DNA from: a virus | Direction: 5' to 3' (one strand) | IMG/VR virus record: IMGVR_UViG_3300017643_000016 | Length of the DNA stretch: 36,099 nucleotides | Part shown: positions 10,054 through 19,847 of the stretch, piece by piece | How positions within the stretch are numbered: the first letter of the stretch is position 1 | Layout: each line of letters starts with the position of its first letter | The notes under the pieces: model-generated | The model's input: only the letters and a program-made list of their open reading frames with translations | What the model was told of the DNA's origin: nothing | Databases searched by the model: none | Position numbers and translations under genes: made by a program

Positions 10054-11067
10054 ATGAGTGCACCAATTTTAGGGAAAATGCAGATCGGGAAAGAAACCGC
10101 ACACGGAACGGCTGTGGCGGCAACGAAAATGCTCTTCGCCACTCAAGGGCCAATCCCATCCGACCGAAAGGTAACGGCGCTAAGCCCGGACATCGGGAAA
10201 AATGTAGAAACCACCGGGCGGATGCTGCAGGGGGTGCTGGCACAGGATTCACTCACATTCGATCAGCTTTATTTCGGAATTCTGCCGACGCTTTTGTCTG
10301 GGCTGCTCAAGGGCGGAGTAACGCCGGTGGAACAAACTGTGGGTGAGGGAGATTACCTCTGGGATCACACTCCCGGTTTGGGAGACACTGACGATAACAC
10401 TCCGAATTCGTTCACTCTGGAACGCGGGGATAACATCCAGGCGGTGCAAATCGCTCACGTGATGTTCAAATCTCTCAAATTGGACTGGCAGGTGAATCAG
10501 GACGGCGGCGAGAGCAGCGTAAAAGCCTCTGTCGATTATTTCGGAAAGGCAAACGTCAACCACGCATTCACAGCCGGTCTATCTGTCCCGACTTTCATCC
10601 CATTGAATGGGAAATTATGCCAGGTGTACTTCGATACCCTCATGGCTGACGTCGGGGATACGGAGATCAGCGATTTTCTGCGGTCGGGAAGTCTGGAAAT
10701 CAGCGGCGGGTTGGTGCCTGATTTCAACGGTGGGGCAAGCGAAGAGTTTACTTCTTTTCACCAAGGGCCCATTTCAGCGATGCTGACGCTGACCGTGAAA
10801 CGGGGTGCTGCCTCTGAGGCCATGCGAGCCGCGATCAATGAGACGCGTGCCTGCCGGCTGAAATTCAACGGCCCTCAGATCGGTGACGGGGTCAACAATA
10901 TGCTGCAGTTCGATCTTTTCGGATACGTTGATGATGTGGTACCCCTGGCCCAGACTGACCGCAACAAATCAGCCAATCTGGACACCATGGTGCTGCACAG
11001 CATCTATGACCCAATCAGCGGTAAGGTCATCGTTCCGCAGATCATCACTGACATTGCCACCCTGTAG
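10054..11067 (+). CDS. Major tail (tube) protein, by position
   Basis: 337 aa with a GGAGG RBS. It lies immediately upstream of the chaperone pair and the tape measure. Confidence 0.5.
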   Translation: MSAPILGKMQIGKETAHGTAVAATKMLFATQGPIPSDRKVTALSPDIGKNVETTGRMLQGVLAQDSLTFDQLYFGILPTLLSGLLKGGVTPVEQTVGEGDYLWDHTPGLGDTDDNTPNSFTLERGDNIQAVQIAHVMFKSLKLDWQVNQDGGESSVKASVDYFGKANVNHAFTAGLSVPTFIPLNGKLCQVYFDTLMADVGDTEISDFLRSGSLEISGGLVPDFNGGASEEFTSFHQGPISAMLTLTVKRGAASEAMRAAINETRACRLKFNGPQIGDGVNNMLQFDLFGYVDDVVPLAQTDRNKSANLDTMVLHSIYDPISGKVIVPQIITDIATL

Positions 11068-11075
11068 GAGGGTAG

Positions 11076-11495
11076 ATGACCTTCAAAATCGAAATTCCGA
11101 AAATCTTCAAAACGGTCAACTTCAGCGAGTTTGCTGAGGAATTCGGCGAGCAATCGCTCGATATATGGGTCAACATCCCCAAAAAACTGATCGACGAACG
11201 CAATGCGCTGATCATCCAGGGAAACGCGGTCAAAGAAACCCTCGGTAAGCTGGTGAAAGCCAAAGAACCCGATCTGGAAAAGATCGAGGCGGTAAAGCAG
11301 GAATATCTGAAAGTCGACGACCAGATGGTGAGCTGGTATACCAACGTCTGGTACATGAATGGGGAGCCGCTCAGCGAAGAAGAAGTCAAAGAGCTGCATA
11401 AAGCGGCAATCGAGAATGACCCGGCGTTCTTAGACTGGATCGTCGGGAAAACGTTCGAGTTGATGAAGGAGCACCGCGATTATCGAAAAAACTGA
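11076..11495 (+). CDS. Tail assembly chaperone (G-like)
   Basis: 139 aa, acidic, directly before the tape measure. It ends in the slippery A_AAA_AAC followed by TGA. Confidence 0.65.
   Translation: MTFKIEIPKIFKTVNFSEFAEEFGEQSLDIWVNIPKKLIDERNALIIQGNAVKETLGKLVKAKEPDLEKIEAVKQEYLKVDDQMVSWYTNVWYMNGEPLSEEEVKELHKAAIENDPAFLDWIVGKTFELMKEHRDYRKN
11486..11492 (+). promoter_or_regulatory. Candidate -1 programmed ribosomal frameshift heptamer A_AAA_AAC
   Basis: The zero-frame codons are cgA AAA AAC TGA. A -1 slip enters the frame of 11495..11752. Confidence 0.6.
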
Positions 11496-11752
11496 TGGAG
11501 TCTGCCCTGCTCGACCTGGCAACGAACGGGCAGACGAACCATCCCATGCTGGTAGCGGTACTCAAGGCGCGAAAGGTGAACCAGACTCTGGGCGGGGCTT
11601 TTTTCGACCCGGTATCGATCAACGAATGCCCGGAAGAGATCATCGAGGCGGTCGAGGGGCTGACCGATGATCTGCCTGATATGCGTGAGGGGGTGCGCAA
11701 GGTCGAGGAATATCGGGAAAAATGGCGCCGAAAGCAATTGAAAGGCAAGTAG
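11495..11752 (+). CDS. Tail assembly chaperone extension (T-like), possibly expressed as a G-T fusion
   Basis: 85-aa ORF in the -1 frame relative to 11076..11495. It also has its own ATG overlapping the stop (TGATG). Confidence 0.55.
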   Translation: MESALLDLATNGQTNHPMLVAVLKARKVNQTLGGAFFDPVSINECPEEIIEAVEGLTDDLPDMREGVRKVEEYREKWRRKQLKGK

Positions 11753-11786
11753 CTCATTTTATTGGTAGTTTTACTGGCAGGGTAAT

Positions 11787-13910
11787 ATGGATAGCCAAAT
11801 CAACATCATCATCAACACCCTAAAAAAAGGTTTCGGGGATAAAGACGCCAAGTCAGCGTTCAAGGAATTGAACGCCGGCTTTCAATCGGTTACCGGTCTG
11901 AGCCTGTCTTATGCCGGTGCGCTGACGGCTGCCATCGCCATCGGGAAAAAGTTCATCGATTTTCAGAAGGAAGCTGCGACCGCTGCGAGCAACGAAGCGG
12001 CTTCGAACGCAAAACTCGAATCCATTTTGAAATCAACCAACAATGCTGTTGGAATGTCTGCCCAAGAGCTGGAAGATCTGGCCACGGCCCACTCAAAAGA
12101 GACCGGGATCATGGAGGATAACGTCAAGGCGGCCGAAGCGGTCATGCTGACGTTCACACAAATCGGGCGGAACGTATTCCCTGAAGCAATGGAGGCGGCC
12201 GAGAATCTGAGCGCTGTGCTGGGGAGTGATCTTACTTCAACCACGACGATGGTGTCGAAGCTGCTTAACGTACAGGCTGGGGACGTGAGTGCCGTGAGCA
12301 CAGCCATGAGCGCGGCCAAGCGTGTAGGGGTAAGTTTTTCAAGCCAACAAATTCAGATGGCAAAAGACTTAATCTCTGCCGGCGATACAATGAAATACCA
12401 GCAATTGATCTTGAAAGAGCTAAATACCGAATATGGTAACAGTGCCAGAGCTATGTCATCCGTTGATGATGGACTCGAAGAACTTGCGGCGGCAAAAGAA
12501 AGATACATGGCTGCTGTAGGGAAAAAATCCCTAGCGTTTGAACAAGTATGGAATAAATTCTGGACAGATTATTACAACAATTCTGCTGATTCACTAAATG
12601 CGAATGAGCGGTTTTCTGAATCAATAAAAAATTTAGGGATCGCCGCAGTAGATACATACAACGAAGCTGGTTTAGCAGTTACCAAATATTACCAGAAAGG
12701 CCGTGAGTTGACCTACGATCAGGTCAAATATCTGGTCATTTTGCAAAACAGCATCGAGGACACCGCTGCTGTGCAAGAGGCTTACAACAAACTGCAGGAA
12801 AAATCACAGGATAGTACCAATTCTTATAGTTTGACGCTTTTGTCTGAGGCAGATGCTTTGCAGGTGGTCAAAGCGGCCGTGGCAGGTACCCTGAAAACGG
12901 CATTGAACACCTACAACGACACCATGGATGACCTGTATAAGACCAATGCCGATCTGAATAAGACGATCTTGTATCAGGAAGATATATATAAGCGGGCGCC
13001 GGCCATGATCGACTCGCTGACGCAGGCGCTCAAAGATAATGAAGCGGCGCAGGCGGAGAGCGGTCACACCGCCGGATCACTGGTGGATAAGCACAAGGAA
13101 CTCGAAGAAGAGCTGCAAAAATGGAAGGATGCACTCGAAGCCAGCCCGGGGGCGATTCAGGGACTAAACAACAGCCTGGATGAAAATATTGCCAAGCAGT
13201 CCGAAGCCGAAGAGGCTTATCGAAAAGCAACCGCCCAGTTGATCTACCAGCAGGTGTCTGCAAAGCTAGATGCGGATGCCTCTCTTGAACTGGCCAGAAC
13301 TTTGGGGTTAGTCAGTGATAAAGATTATCAGGTGAGCAAATCGATCCTAGAATTGACCGAAAAATATGATGCCAATGCCGACGGGGTGATCGATGCCGAT
13401 GAAGCCAATCAGGGATATATCGACAGCCTGAAAGAAATCTATGATCAAGCAACGGCTATTTACAGCCTTCCCGATCAAAAAACAATCGAGCTTTACATCG
13501 AGACACACAGCGGTCAATACGTTCCGGCAACAGCCTCGACCATGGGGATCATCAACAGCTATTCCAGTTCTGGGTCTGGAAAACAGGCTGCCAATGGGGG
13601 AACGTATACCGGGGTGGTAGATTCTGGAACGGGAAAATATCAGGTGCTTGACCCTGACGGTGGATATTCATATACCACCACCGCGCCGCATTCACTGGGC
13701 GGCGAGTTCGGCGCTTATGAAACGATCCGCGTTGGGGAAAAAGGGCCAGAAACGGTGACATTCGACCAATCAGGTTACGTTACCCCCAACGGGGGAGGAT
13801 TTGGGGGAAACATCGTTGTCAACGTCTATGGCAGTGGAGATCCAAAAGTGACCGCGCGCGAGGCTGTGCGGATACTCAAGCAGGAAATCAAACTGCAGGG
13901 AGGCTGGTAA
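11787..13910 (+). CDS. Tape measure protein
   Basis: 707 aa, rich in A, E, K and L with long helical repeats and a glycine-rich C-terminus. It follows the chaperone pair. Confidence 0.85.
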   Translation: MDSQINIIINTLKKGFGDKDAKSAFKELNAGFQSVTGLSLSYAGALTAAIAIGKKFIDFQKEAATAASNEAASNAKLESILKSTNNAVGMSAQELEDLATAHSKETGIMEDNVKAAEAVMLTFTQIGRNVFPEAMEAAENLSAVLGSDLTSTTTMVSKLLNVQAGDVSAVSTAMSAAKRVGVSFSSQQIQMAKDLISAGDTMKYQQLILKELNTEYGNSARAMSSVDDGLEELAAAKERYMAAVGKKSLAFEQVWNKFWTDYYNNSADSLNANERFSESIKNLGIAAVDTYNEAGLAVTKYYQKGRELTYDQVKYLVILQNSIEDTAAVQEAYNKLQEKSQDSTNSYSLTLLSEADALQVVKAAVAGTLKTALNTYNDTMDDLYKTNADLNKTILYQEDIYKRAPAMIDSLTQALKDNEAAQAESGHTAGSLVDKHKELEEELQKWKDALEASPGAIQGLNNSLDENIAKQSEAEEAYRKATAQLIYQQVSAKLDADASLELARTLGLVSDKDYQVSKSILELTEKYDANADGVIDADEANQGYIDSLKEIYDQATAIYSLPDQKTIELYIETHSGQYVPATASTMGIINSYSSSGSGKQAANGGTYTGVVDSGTGKYQVLDPDGGYSYTTTAPHSLGGEFGAYETIRVGEKGPETVTFDQSGYVTPNGGGFGGNIVVNVYGSGDPKVTAREAVRILKQEIKLQGGW

Positions 13911-15950
13911 ATGGGCGATTTGACAAATGTAAGCGGAGATGTGATCGATTTTTCAGTGAAACTGGACGGCATAGAGATCACAAATGCCATCAATCTCGAC
14001 CAGGGGCCAATCACAATCTCAGACGCACTCAATGATGAGGTGGATACGCTCGACCTGACCCTGCAGGAAGCCGACAGTATCGATCCGCATAGCTGGCAGG
14101 AGATCGAGGTCATTGATAATGACAACCCGACGAAGCCGTTGTTCGGAGGGTTCGTACTCATGCCAAAACAATCAGAATCCGCTGCGAACCGGGCTCTGAA
14201 CGACTATGACGTATCGGCGAGCGATTATGCCATTTATCTGGGCAAGGTCTACATCCAGCAACGATTCAGCGAGGTAACCGACAAAGAGATCATCGCTGTA
14301 CTGGGTGGCCTGGCAGGTCTTGAAGAATATGATTTCGAAAGCTGCGTTGTTGCCGTGCGGCAATATCCATCAGCAACGTTCAATTTGCGCTCGGTCAAGG
14401 ACGTGATCAGCTGGCTGGCTGAGCAGGGCGGGGCAAACTGGTACGTAGATGCCAGCAAATGCCTGCATTATTTCGCTCAAGCCGAAGCTGACGCCCCGTT
14501 CGGGATCACGCAGGACCCGCTTGACACAGATAACGCGCTGTGCGAAAACCTAGAAATCAACCTGGACGGAAGCGGGGTAATCAACGAGGTTGAACTGATT
14601 GGAGGAAACTCGCTTTCAGGAGACCGAACTGACCAATTCACCCCGACCATCATCTCCACCGATCTATGGCTCAATAAAAAGTATCAGGCGCAAAGCGGGG
14701 AAAGCAAGATCGGGGTAAGACGAAATGACGGCGGACCCACCACCAACCTGCTGGTCAACCCTTCATTCGAGGTCAATATCACGGATGGTTGGACACAATA
14801 TCAGGCCGGCAGCGGGGCTGCATGGGCGCAGGATAGTGCAAAATACAACCAAGGTGCGAAATCAGTAAAGATCACAGCGGGAACGGCGCTATCGATGCTT
14901 CGTTCGGCGACGATTACTCTTGCACCAGGGGAACCATTGAGCGCTCAGGTGATGGCCTATACCGATACGCTGGCTATGGCCAGTCTGGTAATCTATGATG
15001 CAACCAATCTGGTCGTTCTGGCTGAGACGCAAAACCGGAAAACCAATAGCTGGGAGAGGCTGACGGCCACCTATGTCAACAGCGGTGCCGGCAGCATGAG
15101 CGTGAGGGTTGAACTGAGGAACAATGGCATCGATTCGGCGCAGGTCGTGTATTTCGATGCTGCACAGGCCGAAAAACTGACCTGGCCAAGCGCTTACTGC
15201 GATGGAAGCCTAGGAACGGGATATTCGTGGAGCGGAACGGCAAATAACTCCACTTCGGCACGGGTGAACCTGGCTGTGTGGCGCACACTGACGGTCAAGA
15301 CCGGCAACAGCGACGAACTTGAGGGGCGTGATGAAGTGCTCTATTACGAAAGCGAGGGACGGCTCAGCCAGGAAACGAACTGGCCGCTGCTGGCCAATGC
15401 GGTCGAGGTCGACGGGCGGATCGAAACGCCCGTGCATGTGACCGCGAAAAATTTTGCCAGTTATGCCCATTATGGGCGCTGGTTCAAAGAGGTGATCAGC
15501 GATTCATCGATCATCGACCCGATTGTGGCAAGAATCCGCTGCGCTACCGAACTGGCCCAGTATGCCTTCGAGACAACCGCGATCAGCTTCGACGTACGGC
15601 GCCCAGGGCTGCGATCCGGGCAGACGCAACACCTCAAGCTGCCCACGCGGGGATTGGATGGCGATTATCTGATCAAGCGAGTGACCACCACAATCAACTC
15701 AGGCGGGCACCTGGCTGCACACATCGAACTGGGCGCCGTCGACAGCGGGCTGGTTGGGCTGCTGATCGCGCTCAAAAACCGCACCGAAATTACTGACAGT
15801 GAGATCCTCTCGGATGAAATTCTCAACCGTGTACTCGATTTCACTGACGATTTCACGATCAAAGATTCGGGGGCAACGGTAGGAGAATCTCAGGGGCCTT
15901 ACCTGTATGGAGAGGCGCTGTATGGTTATTCGACTTATGGAGGAGGATAA
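13911..15950 (+). CDS. Distal tail/tail-tip protein with an internal carbohydrate-binding-like domain
   Basis: 679 aa, directly after the tape measure. LVNPSFEVNITDGWTQY...GAKSVKITAG resembles CBM_4_9-type modules. Confidence 0.6.
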   Translation: MGDLTNVSGDVIDFSVKLDGIEITNAINLDQGPITISDALNDEVDTLDLTLQEADSIDPHSWQEIEVIDNDNPTKPLFGGFVLMPKQSESAANRALNDYDVSASDYAIYLGKVYIQQRFSEVTDKEIIAVLGGLAGLEEYDFESCVVAVRQYPSATFNLRSVKDVISWLAEQGGANWYVDASKCLHYFAQAEADAPFGITQDPLDTDNALCENLEINLDGSGVINEVELIGGNSLSGDRTDQFTPTIISTDLWLNKKYQAQSGESKIGVRRNDGGPTTNLLVNPSFEVNITDGWTQYQAGSGAAWAQDSAKYNQGAKSVKITAGTALSMLRSATITLAPGEPLSAQVMAYTDTLAMASLVIYDATNLVVLAETQNRKTNSWERLTATYVNSGAGSMSVRVELRNNGIDSAQVVYFDAAQAEKLTWPSAYCDGSLGTGYSWSGTANNSTSARVNLAVWRTLTVKTGNSDELEGRDEVLYYESEGRLSQETNWPLLANAVEVDGRIETPVHVTAKNFASYAHYGRWFKEVISDSSIIDPIVARIRCATELAQYAFETTAISFDVRRPGLRSGQTQHLKLPTRGLDGDYLIKRVTTTINSGGHLAAHIELGAVDSGLVGLLIALKNRTEITDSEILSDEILNRVLDFTDDFTIKDSGATVGESQGPYLYGEALYGYSTYGGG

Positions 15951-16481
15951 ATGAGGATCGACGAAAAAATTGTTACCCTGGAAGGGAACGTAGAAATCTG
16001 CGCCTGGCCAAAAGGTTTGATCGAGGAATATCTCAAAATTGAACCTTCTTTACAGACAGCCATTGCAATGGCGAAGAAGAATTCGCTTCCCTGCCATGTG
16101 CAAAAAATGCACAATCTGACCACCAATGTCGGCCGGCAATTCGTGGCGCGCCGGCTAAGCGGGCAGGAAACTGTTGGAATCACTTACATGGCATTCGGAA
16201 GCGGGGCTACCGCGCCGGCCATCGGAGACACCACACTTGAAACGGAAGTGGTGCGCAAACCAGTTACCGAGTGCTATCAGGGTGACCAGTATGTTTACAC
16301 CAGCGTGTTTTTGCTGGCCAATGAGTGCAGTTTTCACCTGAAGGAAGGGGCGATCTTTGGAGGAGCATCCGCCAGCGGTGTCAGCAACAGCGGCATCATG
16401 CTCTGCAGGTTCGCCATGGATGAAGACAACACCCTGACCAGTTATGATCTGACGGTGCAGCACACCGGGGAGATGAAATAA
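15951..16481 (+). CDS. Hypothetical tail/baseplate protein (176 aa)
   Basis: Start/stop coupled (TAAATG) within the tail operon. Confidence 0.5.
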   Translation: MRIDEKIVTLEGNVEICAWPKGLIEEYLKIEPSLQTAIAMAKKNSLPCHVQKMHNLTTNVGRQFVARRLSGQETVGITYMAFGSGATAPAIGDTTLETEVVRKPVTECYQGDQYVYTSVFLLANECSFHLKEGAIFGGASASGVSNSGIMLCRFAMDEDNTLTSYDLTVQHTGEMK

Positions 16482-17158
16482 TGACGACGCCTATTTCTGA
16501 AAGCCAACCCATCGAAAGCTACCATCTCAAGGCAATGGGGGGAGTGCCAAACGCCTGCTCCTACCTGTCGCTGAGCAATGCTTATGCCACTCTGGTGGCA
16601 GCGCCGGCCAGCGGGGTAACCTTGATCACGCAGCTTCTTCTGCGCAATAACGATTCTGTCAACGCTGATTTTTACTTCAAAGTTGTGCGCTCCGGCGTCG
16701 ATTACCTTGTGTTTCGCATTGAGCTGGCCCCATACGAGCGGCTGATCGTCGAGTTCCCATTCATTCTGGATACCAACACGTCGATCGAGGCAAAAACCAG
16801 CGCCAGTATCAGCGCGAAATGCGTCGCCACTACACTCAAATTCGAAGGCGGAATGAGCGTGGCCAACTTCAGCGGCACCGCATGGACTGACCTTTTGACC
16901 GTACCCGCCGGCAAAGCTTACTCCATCCTCGGATTGATGCTGAGTAATTCTTACAACTCCGCCCAAAACGTCAGCTTCCAGATCATCGATAACGCAAGCA
17001 ACGTCAAATGGACGGATAGCATACTGCTCAACCAGGAAGGCACCTGGCCCTGCGGTGAAAAATTCGTCATGGGCGCAGGATGGAAAATCCAGGTAAAGCA
17101 TGGGGCAGCCAGCTATACCGGCTCGGCGGTGGCTGCATTCATCGAAGTTCCGAGTTAG
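16481..17158 (+). CDS. Hypothetical tail protein with an internal two-fold repeat (225 aa)
   Basis: ATAATG coupling to the upstream gene. It has two roughly 100-aa halves with a similar pattern. Confidence 0.5.
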   Translation: MTTPISESQPIESYHLKAMGGVPNACSYLSLSNAYATLVAAPASGVTLITQLLLRNNDSVNADFYFKVVRSGVDYLVFRIELAPYERLIVEFPFILDTNTSIEAKTSASISAKCVATTLKFEGGMSVANFSGTAWTDLLTVPAGKAYSILGLMLSNSYNSAQNVSFQIIDNASNVKWTDSILLNQEGTWPCGEKFVMGAGWKIQVKHGAASYTGSAVAAFIEVPS

Positions 17159-17166
17159 GAGGAGAC

Positions 17167-17934
17167 ATGTGGCCAAATTCAATTTACTGGTATGCACCAG
17201 AGTGGCATTTTTTTCAACTCGTTCAGCGTTTGATCGATCTTCTGAAACGGATCGGCGTGGCAGTAGTGCGTAATGGGCTGGCACCTTCAGCAGTCAGAGA
17301 CGTTTTCATTTTCGTTACCGGACCAGTCAGTCCCAAGATCGGCCTGACCCCACTCAGCGCGACGGTGGGAGCGCTGGCCGCTTCAACCAGCCCAACACTG
17401 GCTCATGTAGTTGACCCGGGCACCGATCTGCTGGTGGTGGGGGTCAGTACCACCGCAAACCTGACCTCAATTTCTGGTATCACCTGGACGCCAACCGGGG
17501 GATCCGCTCAGGCAATGACCTCAGTGGTCCAATTCGGTAATGGCGTAGCGGGATCCTCTCATACAGCTATTTTTACGCTGCGTTTACCTGTTGCCGGCAG
17601 TGGGGTGCTGAGCATCAGCAGTTCCAATGCTGCGCTGGCCTCAGCCTATGGCATGGCCTGCAATTTCTGGGGATCAAAGGCCAGCGGAACCATTAGAAAT
17701 TATTTAGGAGATGCTTCTTTGCCTCACGCTCATTCTGTGGTGGCAGGGGACTATCTTTTCGAAGTTCTGAGAAATGGAGCTGCCTTGACCGCCGCTGATG
17801 GGCAAACCGTCTATAACGGCGGCGGGCAGCCTTTCGGTTTGAAGAAAATCGACACCACCGGAACCGATACGCTCAACTGGTCGGGAACAACGAGCTATCT
17901 GACACACAGCAGCATTGCGATTGCCGGGTCATAG
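17167..17934 (+). CDS. Hypothetical tail fibre/receptor-binding candidate (255 aa)
   Basis: An AGGAGGAG RBS precedes the ATG at 17167. The protein is rich in G, S, T and A and is the last tail gene before the endolysin. Confidence 0.45.
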   Translation: MWPNSIYWYAPEWHFFQLVQRLIDLLKRIGVAVVRNGLAPSAVRDVFIFVTGPVSPKIGLTPLSATVGALAASTSPTLAHVVDPGTDLLVVGVSTTANLTSISGITWTPTGGSAQAMTSVVQFGNGVAGSSHTAIFTLRLPVAGSGVLSISSSNAALASAYGMACNFWGSKASGTIRNYLGDASLPHAHSVVAGDYLFEVLRNGAALTAADGQTVYNGGGQPFGLKKIDTTGTDTLNWSGTTSYLTHSSIAIAGS

Positions 17935-17943
17935 GAGAGATCA

Positions 17944-18885
17944 ATGAGCAATGATACTTTATTCAAAAAACTGGTCTTTGTGAATCTTTTCGCGGAGCCG
18001 TTCGGAATCGATACGGCTGACTGCAACGGACCGGTCAACCTTTCGGCTCCTGGAGCAAAAAAAGTTCAATTCGCGGCGGCGCGGTGCGGAATTGGATACT
18101 GGTACCGCGATGCACAGTACGTTGCTACCCGTGATCAGGCCGAAAAAATGGGGATCCCGTTTCTGGCTTACCACGTGCTGATCCCGGGCAATGACGTCAA
18201 AGCACAGGCGAAGGCATTTCGAAGCTGGGCCGGGGAAGGGTGCTGGGGATACAGCGGAGATTTCGAGGTGGCCAACGGATGCTCTCCTTCAATTGTCTCG
18301 GCCAACACGCGCGATTACCTGGCTGAAACGGCCGGTTTTGGATGGCGAAACGTTCCTTACAGTTCACCTGGCTGGATCAATGAATATTTCAGGAGTCAGA
18401 TCACCTATCTGCTGCCTGACTGGATCAATTTCTATCAATGGTGGCTGAGCCAATACCTGACAAGCGGGGCCGAGAACCCAGGACCGCTTTCGGTGCCGCT
18501 GGGGATGAAGATGGAAAACGTGCTGATCTTTCAGACGGGTAGCCAGGAACAGAACAAATATGGTTCAATCTATGACAGCCGGTTCGTCGACACTGACCGA
18601 TGGGTGGGGAATGGATTTCCGAGCGTGCCAGTCAAACCAGAGACAACCCCGGTCGAAGTCACGCCGGCGCCGGCCGAGACCGAAACCGGCGTCATGCACG
18701 TGGCCTGCAATGGGCTTTACGTCCGCAGCAAGCCGGCAAAGAACAGCGAAGCGATCTCGCTGCTGCTGCGGGGAACACCGGTCAACGTGGTTGCTACAAA
18801 AAAGATCGGGGATTACATCTGGGTGGAGCGCGCCGGGGGGGGGTGGTGCGCTCAGAAATACCTGGATTTCGTTTATCTCATTTAG
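17944..18885 (+). CDS. Endolysin: GH25-like muramidase with a C-terminal SH3b-like wall-binding domain
   Basis: The N-terminus (FGIDTADCNG...FAAARCG...YRD...GIPFLAYHVL) resembles GH25. A PETTPVEVTPAPAETE linker follows. The C-terminus (LYVRSKPAKNSEAISLLLRGTPVNVV...WVERAGGGW) is SH3-like. Confidence 0.7.
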   Translation: MSNDTLFKKLVFVNLFAEPFGIDTADCNGPVNLSAPGAKKVQFAAARCGIGYWYRDAQYVATRDQAEKMGIPFLAYHVLIPGNDVKAQAKAFRSWAGEGCWGYSGDFEVANGCSPSIVSANTRDYLAETAGFGWRNVPYSSPGWINEYFRSQITYLLPDWINFYQWWLSQYLTSGAENPGPLSVPLGMKMENVLIFQTGSQEQNKYGSIYDSRFVDTDRWVGNGFPSVPVKPETTPVEVTPAPAETETGVMHVACNGLYVRSKPAKNSEAISLLLRGTPVNVVATKKIGDYIWVERAGGGWCAQKYLDFVYLI

Positions 18886-18937
18886 GGAGCACGCCTCCGC
18901 TCCTACCCAGAGCGATCTGGGTATGTGGGGGTAAGTC

Positions 18938-18973
18938 AATCCCCCGGACACAGCGCCGGGGGATTATTTTATT
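18938..18973 (+). terminator. Rho-independent terminator at the convergence point
   Basis: AATCCCCCGG (18938..18947) pairs perfectly with CCGGGGGATT (18956..18965). ATTTTATT follows. Confidence 0.8.
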
Positions 18974-19157
18974 GCTTATTCCTTTCCGCTTCGATCAGAT
19001 TTCTGATCGTCTCGTTCCTGCTTTTATCTTGGGCGTTGAGCCATTCGATGTCTTCAGGACGCAACAAAACGGAGATTAATTTCATGGGCTTTTCGAAATA
19101 AGGCGGACGACCCTTTGATTTTCCGGGTAATTTCTTTTTTTCTTTTTCTTCTGGCAT
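18969..19157 (-). CDS. Ribbon-helix-helix (CopG/Arc-like) DNA-binding protein
   Basis: GRPPYFEKPMKLISVLLRPEDIEWLN...SRNETIRNLIEAE is an RHH pattern. An AAGGAG RBS precedes the internal ATG at 19157 (the ORF track starts at 19184). Confidence 0.6.
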   Translation of the reverse strand: MPEEKEKKKLPGKSKGRPPYFEKPMKLISVLLRPEDIEWLNAQDKSRNETIRNLIEAERNKQ

Positions 19158-19167
19158 TTTATTCTCC

Positions 19168-19827
19168 TTACTTTTCTTGTGCATGAGGCGATTTTACCAA
19201 GACAGAGGTCTCTTTATCATATTTCTCAGGTTTATAAAAATAATAATGAGATTCATAGCCCATTTCGACATCGCGCAAGATAGGATGCTCTCCGGCCCAA
19301 CCAGGGAAGGGAATGTTACGGCACCCATCTTTACCGCGAACCGGGTCTTCGTCTGCCCATTCTGGCAATTTATCCAGTCTTAGCCAGGCGGAATTTACTT
19401 CCCATTCCCAGCAACCATGTTTTGTTGCCAGATCATTCAAATCCGTATCTGCATCTCCGACGGCAGTGGTGTCTCCTCCAATAAACTCATAAACCTCAAG
19501 CCCAAATAAGTGTGGCAATGAATGGGGAGCATGACGCCAGCGATACATATATCCAGCTCCGAAATACCAACCAGCTTCGCTAATCATTTGCTGCCATTCC
19601 TGCATGGAGTGATATTCTTTGATCAGCCTGTAAGTATCTGCGGGGCGTGATAATATGCTGAGTTTGGCTGTGTTTTCGAGAACATTCATCTGGGACGGAA
19701 CCATTCCGGCATAATGAATTCGAAGCATGGCAAAGGTATTGTCAGTATCTGGAACAGAAAGGCTGATCGTTTTGGGAATATAAAGGACTTGCTTTTTCAC
19801 CAGTGAAATAATGAGATTCTCTTCCAT
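19168..19827 (-). CDS. Hypothetical protein (219 aa), rich in W, Y and H
   Basis: Long ORF with an AGGATGGA RBS. I recognise no motif. Confidence 0.5.
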   Translation of the reverse strand: MEENLIISLVKKQVLYIPKTISLSVPDTDNTFAMLRIHYAGMVPSQMNVLENTAKLSILSRPADTYRLIKEYHSMQEWQQMISEAGWYFGAGYMYRWRHAPHSLPHLFGLEVYEFIGGDTTAVGDADTDLNDLATKHGCWEWEVNSAWLRLDKLPEWADEDPVRGKDGCRNIPFPGWAGEHPILRDVEMGYESHYYFYKPEKYDKETSVLVKSPHAQEK

Positions 19828-19847
19828 TTTTATTCCATCCTATTCGA

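Noticed and set aside
16442-17284. 280-aa antisense ORF covering the whole tail gene 16481..17158
   Set aside because: The plus-strand gene is start/stop-coupled within the tail operon and has protein-like composition. Long antisense ORFs are common in G+C-rich coding DNA.
18560-19079. Arg/Gly-rich alternative-frame ORFs (18560..18934, 18600..19079 and minus-strand 18565..18951)
   Set aside because: They overlap the endolysin C-terminus and the terminator and have low-complexity composition. No RBS is present.
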